DNA of 64,000 bases, from positions 1-64,000 of IMG/VR virus record IMGVR_UViG_3300047445_000406; one strand, 5' to 3'. Under the pieces are notes generated by a model. That model did no database searches and had not been told where the DNA came from. It was given only the letters and a program-made list of their open reading frames with translations. How positions within the stretch are numbered: the stretch's first letter is position 1; every line of letters begins with the position of its first letter. The position numbers and the translations under genes were made by a program. This document shows, piece by piece, positions 62,541 to 64,000 of this stretch. Source of the DNA: a virus.

Positions 62541-64000
62541 ATTTGAACGGCGACATCAGCGCATTCACCGTGCCCAGTTCATCCAGGGTGGTCACGTACT
62601 TCAGTGCCCCGGTGCTGAACGGATTGCCCAGACGGTGCACGGCAGCTGAGTCCATCAAGGTCGGTACCGCATCGAAGAAGTGCGATCCAATCAGCAGCAT
62701 CAGGGCACGGGCCGGGTTCTCCCGGTACAGGTGCATGATGATCTTCTGGATGCGCAGGTAGTACTTCGAGAAGTACACAAAGCCCATGTCGTTGGCGTAT
62801 TGCAGCAGACGGTGCGATGGCACGTCGTAGTTGATGAACGCATCCGACACCAGCTGGATTGCCTGCTCAGTGCCCATCGGGTTGCGTGCACGGTTGGTCA
62901 TGTGCTGGTACAGCGTGTATCGGGCCACGAAGTCCGACAGCTGGGTACCATACGACAGCGCCTTGTACAGCGGCGTGTCATGCGCAATGACCAGTGTCTT
63001 GGCCGTGTCCACCACATGTGGATTCAGCTTGTCAGTGAACTCGTCCACCTTGCGGGTGAAGCGTCCCTTGAAGCTGTACATGTCATCGTCCGCCGCCACA
63101 TCCTCCACGATGGTTGGCATCAAGCCCGCATCGATCAGCTGGCGTACCGGATTACGCGCCAGGGCATCCTCCAAGATCACCTTCTGGCGTTCCAGCTCAC
63201 GCTGGTTGCCGGCCGGCAGATACTTGGTGGACAGCTGCAGATTGATCCGTTCCAGTGCCTCACTGTCCTTACGGTACGCCAGGGCGCCTTTCATGGCCAC
63301 CCGGTGGTGGCGCAGGATGTCCGGCAACGGTACACCAAACCACAGCAGCTCGGTCATGTTCGAGCTGATATTCCCCATCAGGGTGACCCCTGACTTCACC
63401 ACCATCGTGTCCTTGGCTTCACGCACGAAGGCCTGCCAAATATCCTCCCCCTGACGCAGTCGCAGATTCGCCTTGTCCCCAAAGAAGAACGTCGCCATTT
63501 CCGCCAGCACCCGTGCCACGGCACTGTGCTGCTGCACATCCTTGTCCAGCACATCCGCGATCGACAGCTTGCGGTAACCGAAGTTGATGTCGAGCAGATC
63601 GACCCGCACCATCATGTTGTTGCCACCCCAGATATCCCGCACCGATTGCTTGGTGCTCTCCGGCAGCAGGCGCCAGATCTCACGCAGCTCCGGATCCGTG
63701 CTGTTGGCCCCCACCCGCAGATAGCTGTGGTGACGGGTAGCATATTCCGCATCGTACTGGTCCTTCAAGGCCTGCACCGCCGTGGCATTCTGCTCCTTGG
63801 TCATTTCCTTGTCGAAGATATTGCCCGCCATTTTGCCCAGCAGTTGCTCGAAACGGTTGTCCCGTTCCAGCAAGGTGTCCTTGGTGTTCTCGTTCATCAT
63901 GTAGCGGTAATTCACTACATCACCCTGGGCATTGAGTACCGGTGCCAGGAAGGCACCGCCCACCTTGCGCGGATCGAAGTTCGGATCGGCATTGAACATG
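62539..64000 (-). CDS. Virion-encapsidated RNA polymerase (N4 gp50), C-terminal part
   Basis: DINFGYRK-S, AKD-MVVKSG, NPV--LI-AGL-PTI-ED, Q-SDFVARY-LY, FINYD-P, YF-KY-LRIQK; convergent with middle genes as in N4; runs off the window. Confidence 0.88.
   Translation of the reverse strand, partial: MFNADPNFDPRKVGGAFLAPVLNAQGDVVNYRYMMNENTKDTLLERDNRFEQLLGKMAGNIFDKEMTKEQNATAVQALKDQYDAEYATRHHSYLRVGANSTDPELREIWRLLPESTKQSVRDIWGGNNMMVRVDLLDINFGYRKLSIADVLDKDVQQHSAVARVLAEMATFFFGDKANLRLRQGEDIWQAFVREAKDTMVVKSGVTLMGNISSNMTELLWFGVPLPDILRHHRVAMKGALAYRKDSEALERINLQLSTKYLPAGNQRELERQKVILEDALARNPVRQLIDAGLMPTIVEDVAADDDMYSFKGRFTRKVDEFTDKLNPHVVDTAKTLVIAHDTPLYKALSYGTQLSDFVARYTLYQHMTNRARNPMGTEQAIQLVSDAFINYDVPSHRLLQYANDMGFVYFSKYYLRIQKIIMHLYRENPARALMLLIGSHFFDAVPTLMDSAAVHRLGNPFSTGALKYVTTLDELGTVNALMSPFK

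Noticed and set aside
61882-62546. Short ORFs across the 62.1-62.5 kb gap
   Set aside because: No RBS, atypical codon usage, mutually overlapping on both strands; the base-pairing pattern explains the region better.
1-64000. tRNA genes, CRISPR arrays, integrase/prophage boundaries
   Set aside because: No cloverleaf with a T-loop consensus, no regularly spaced direct repeats, and no recombinase or host genes seen by eye. A tRNAscan/ARAGORN run would be needed to fully exclude tRNAs.

Overview
The whole window is part of an N4-like lytic podophage genome (Schitoviridae) from a Gram-negative host (Rz/Rz1 spanins). It appears circularly permuted. From 1-10.4 kb are late genes on the minus strand (gp55-like, major capsid, gp57/58-like, portal, gp67-like, terminase large subunit, gp69-like), with a plus-strand dUTPase island. 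The probable genome-end junction lies at about 10.45-10.75 kb. The early region follows, with four virion-RNAP-type hairpin promoters, a Drc/gp2-type cofactor and the two-subunit RNAP II. Middle and replication genes include the gp24/gp25-like AAA ATPase and vWA-metallopeptidase, a Dda-like helicase, a family A DNA polymerase, rIIA/rIIB, an HNH nuclease, ThyX, a class II ribonucleotide reductase, gp42-47 homologues, primase, SSB and RuvC. A minus-strand lysis plus tail-fibre module sits at 39.5-50.1 kb, and the 3' end of the giant virion RNA polymerase closes the window. No tRNA, CRISPR array or integrase was recognised. Main unexplained signals: (1) a ~430-nt, densely base-paired, GNRA-rich candidate non-coding RNA at 62.1-62.5 kb; (2) six divergent small genes around the RNAP II genes sharing a C-terminal P-x-E-x-K-A-x-x-L-L tag; (3) a gp49/66-family (Acb4-type) domain fused to an RyR-like domain; (4) a release-factor-like domain lacking GGQ; (5) several structured leaders and a possible promoter-terminator sRNA. 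All family assignments come from motif recognition and recall, not database searches.
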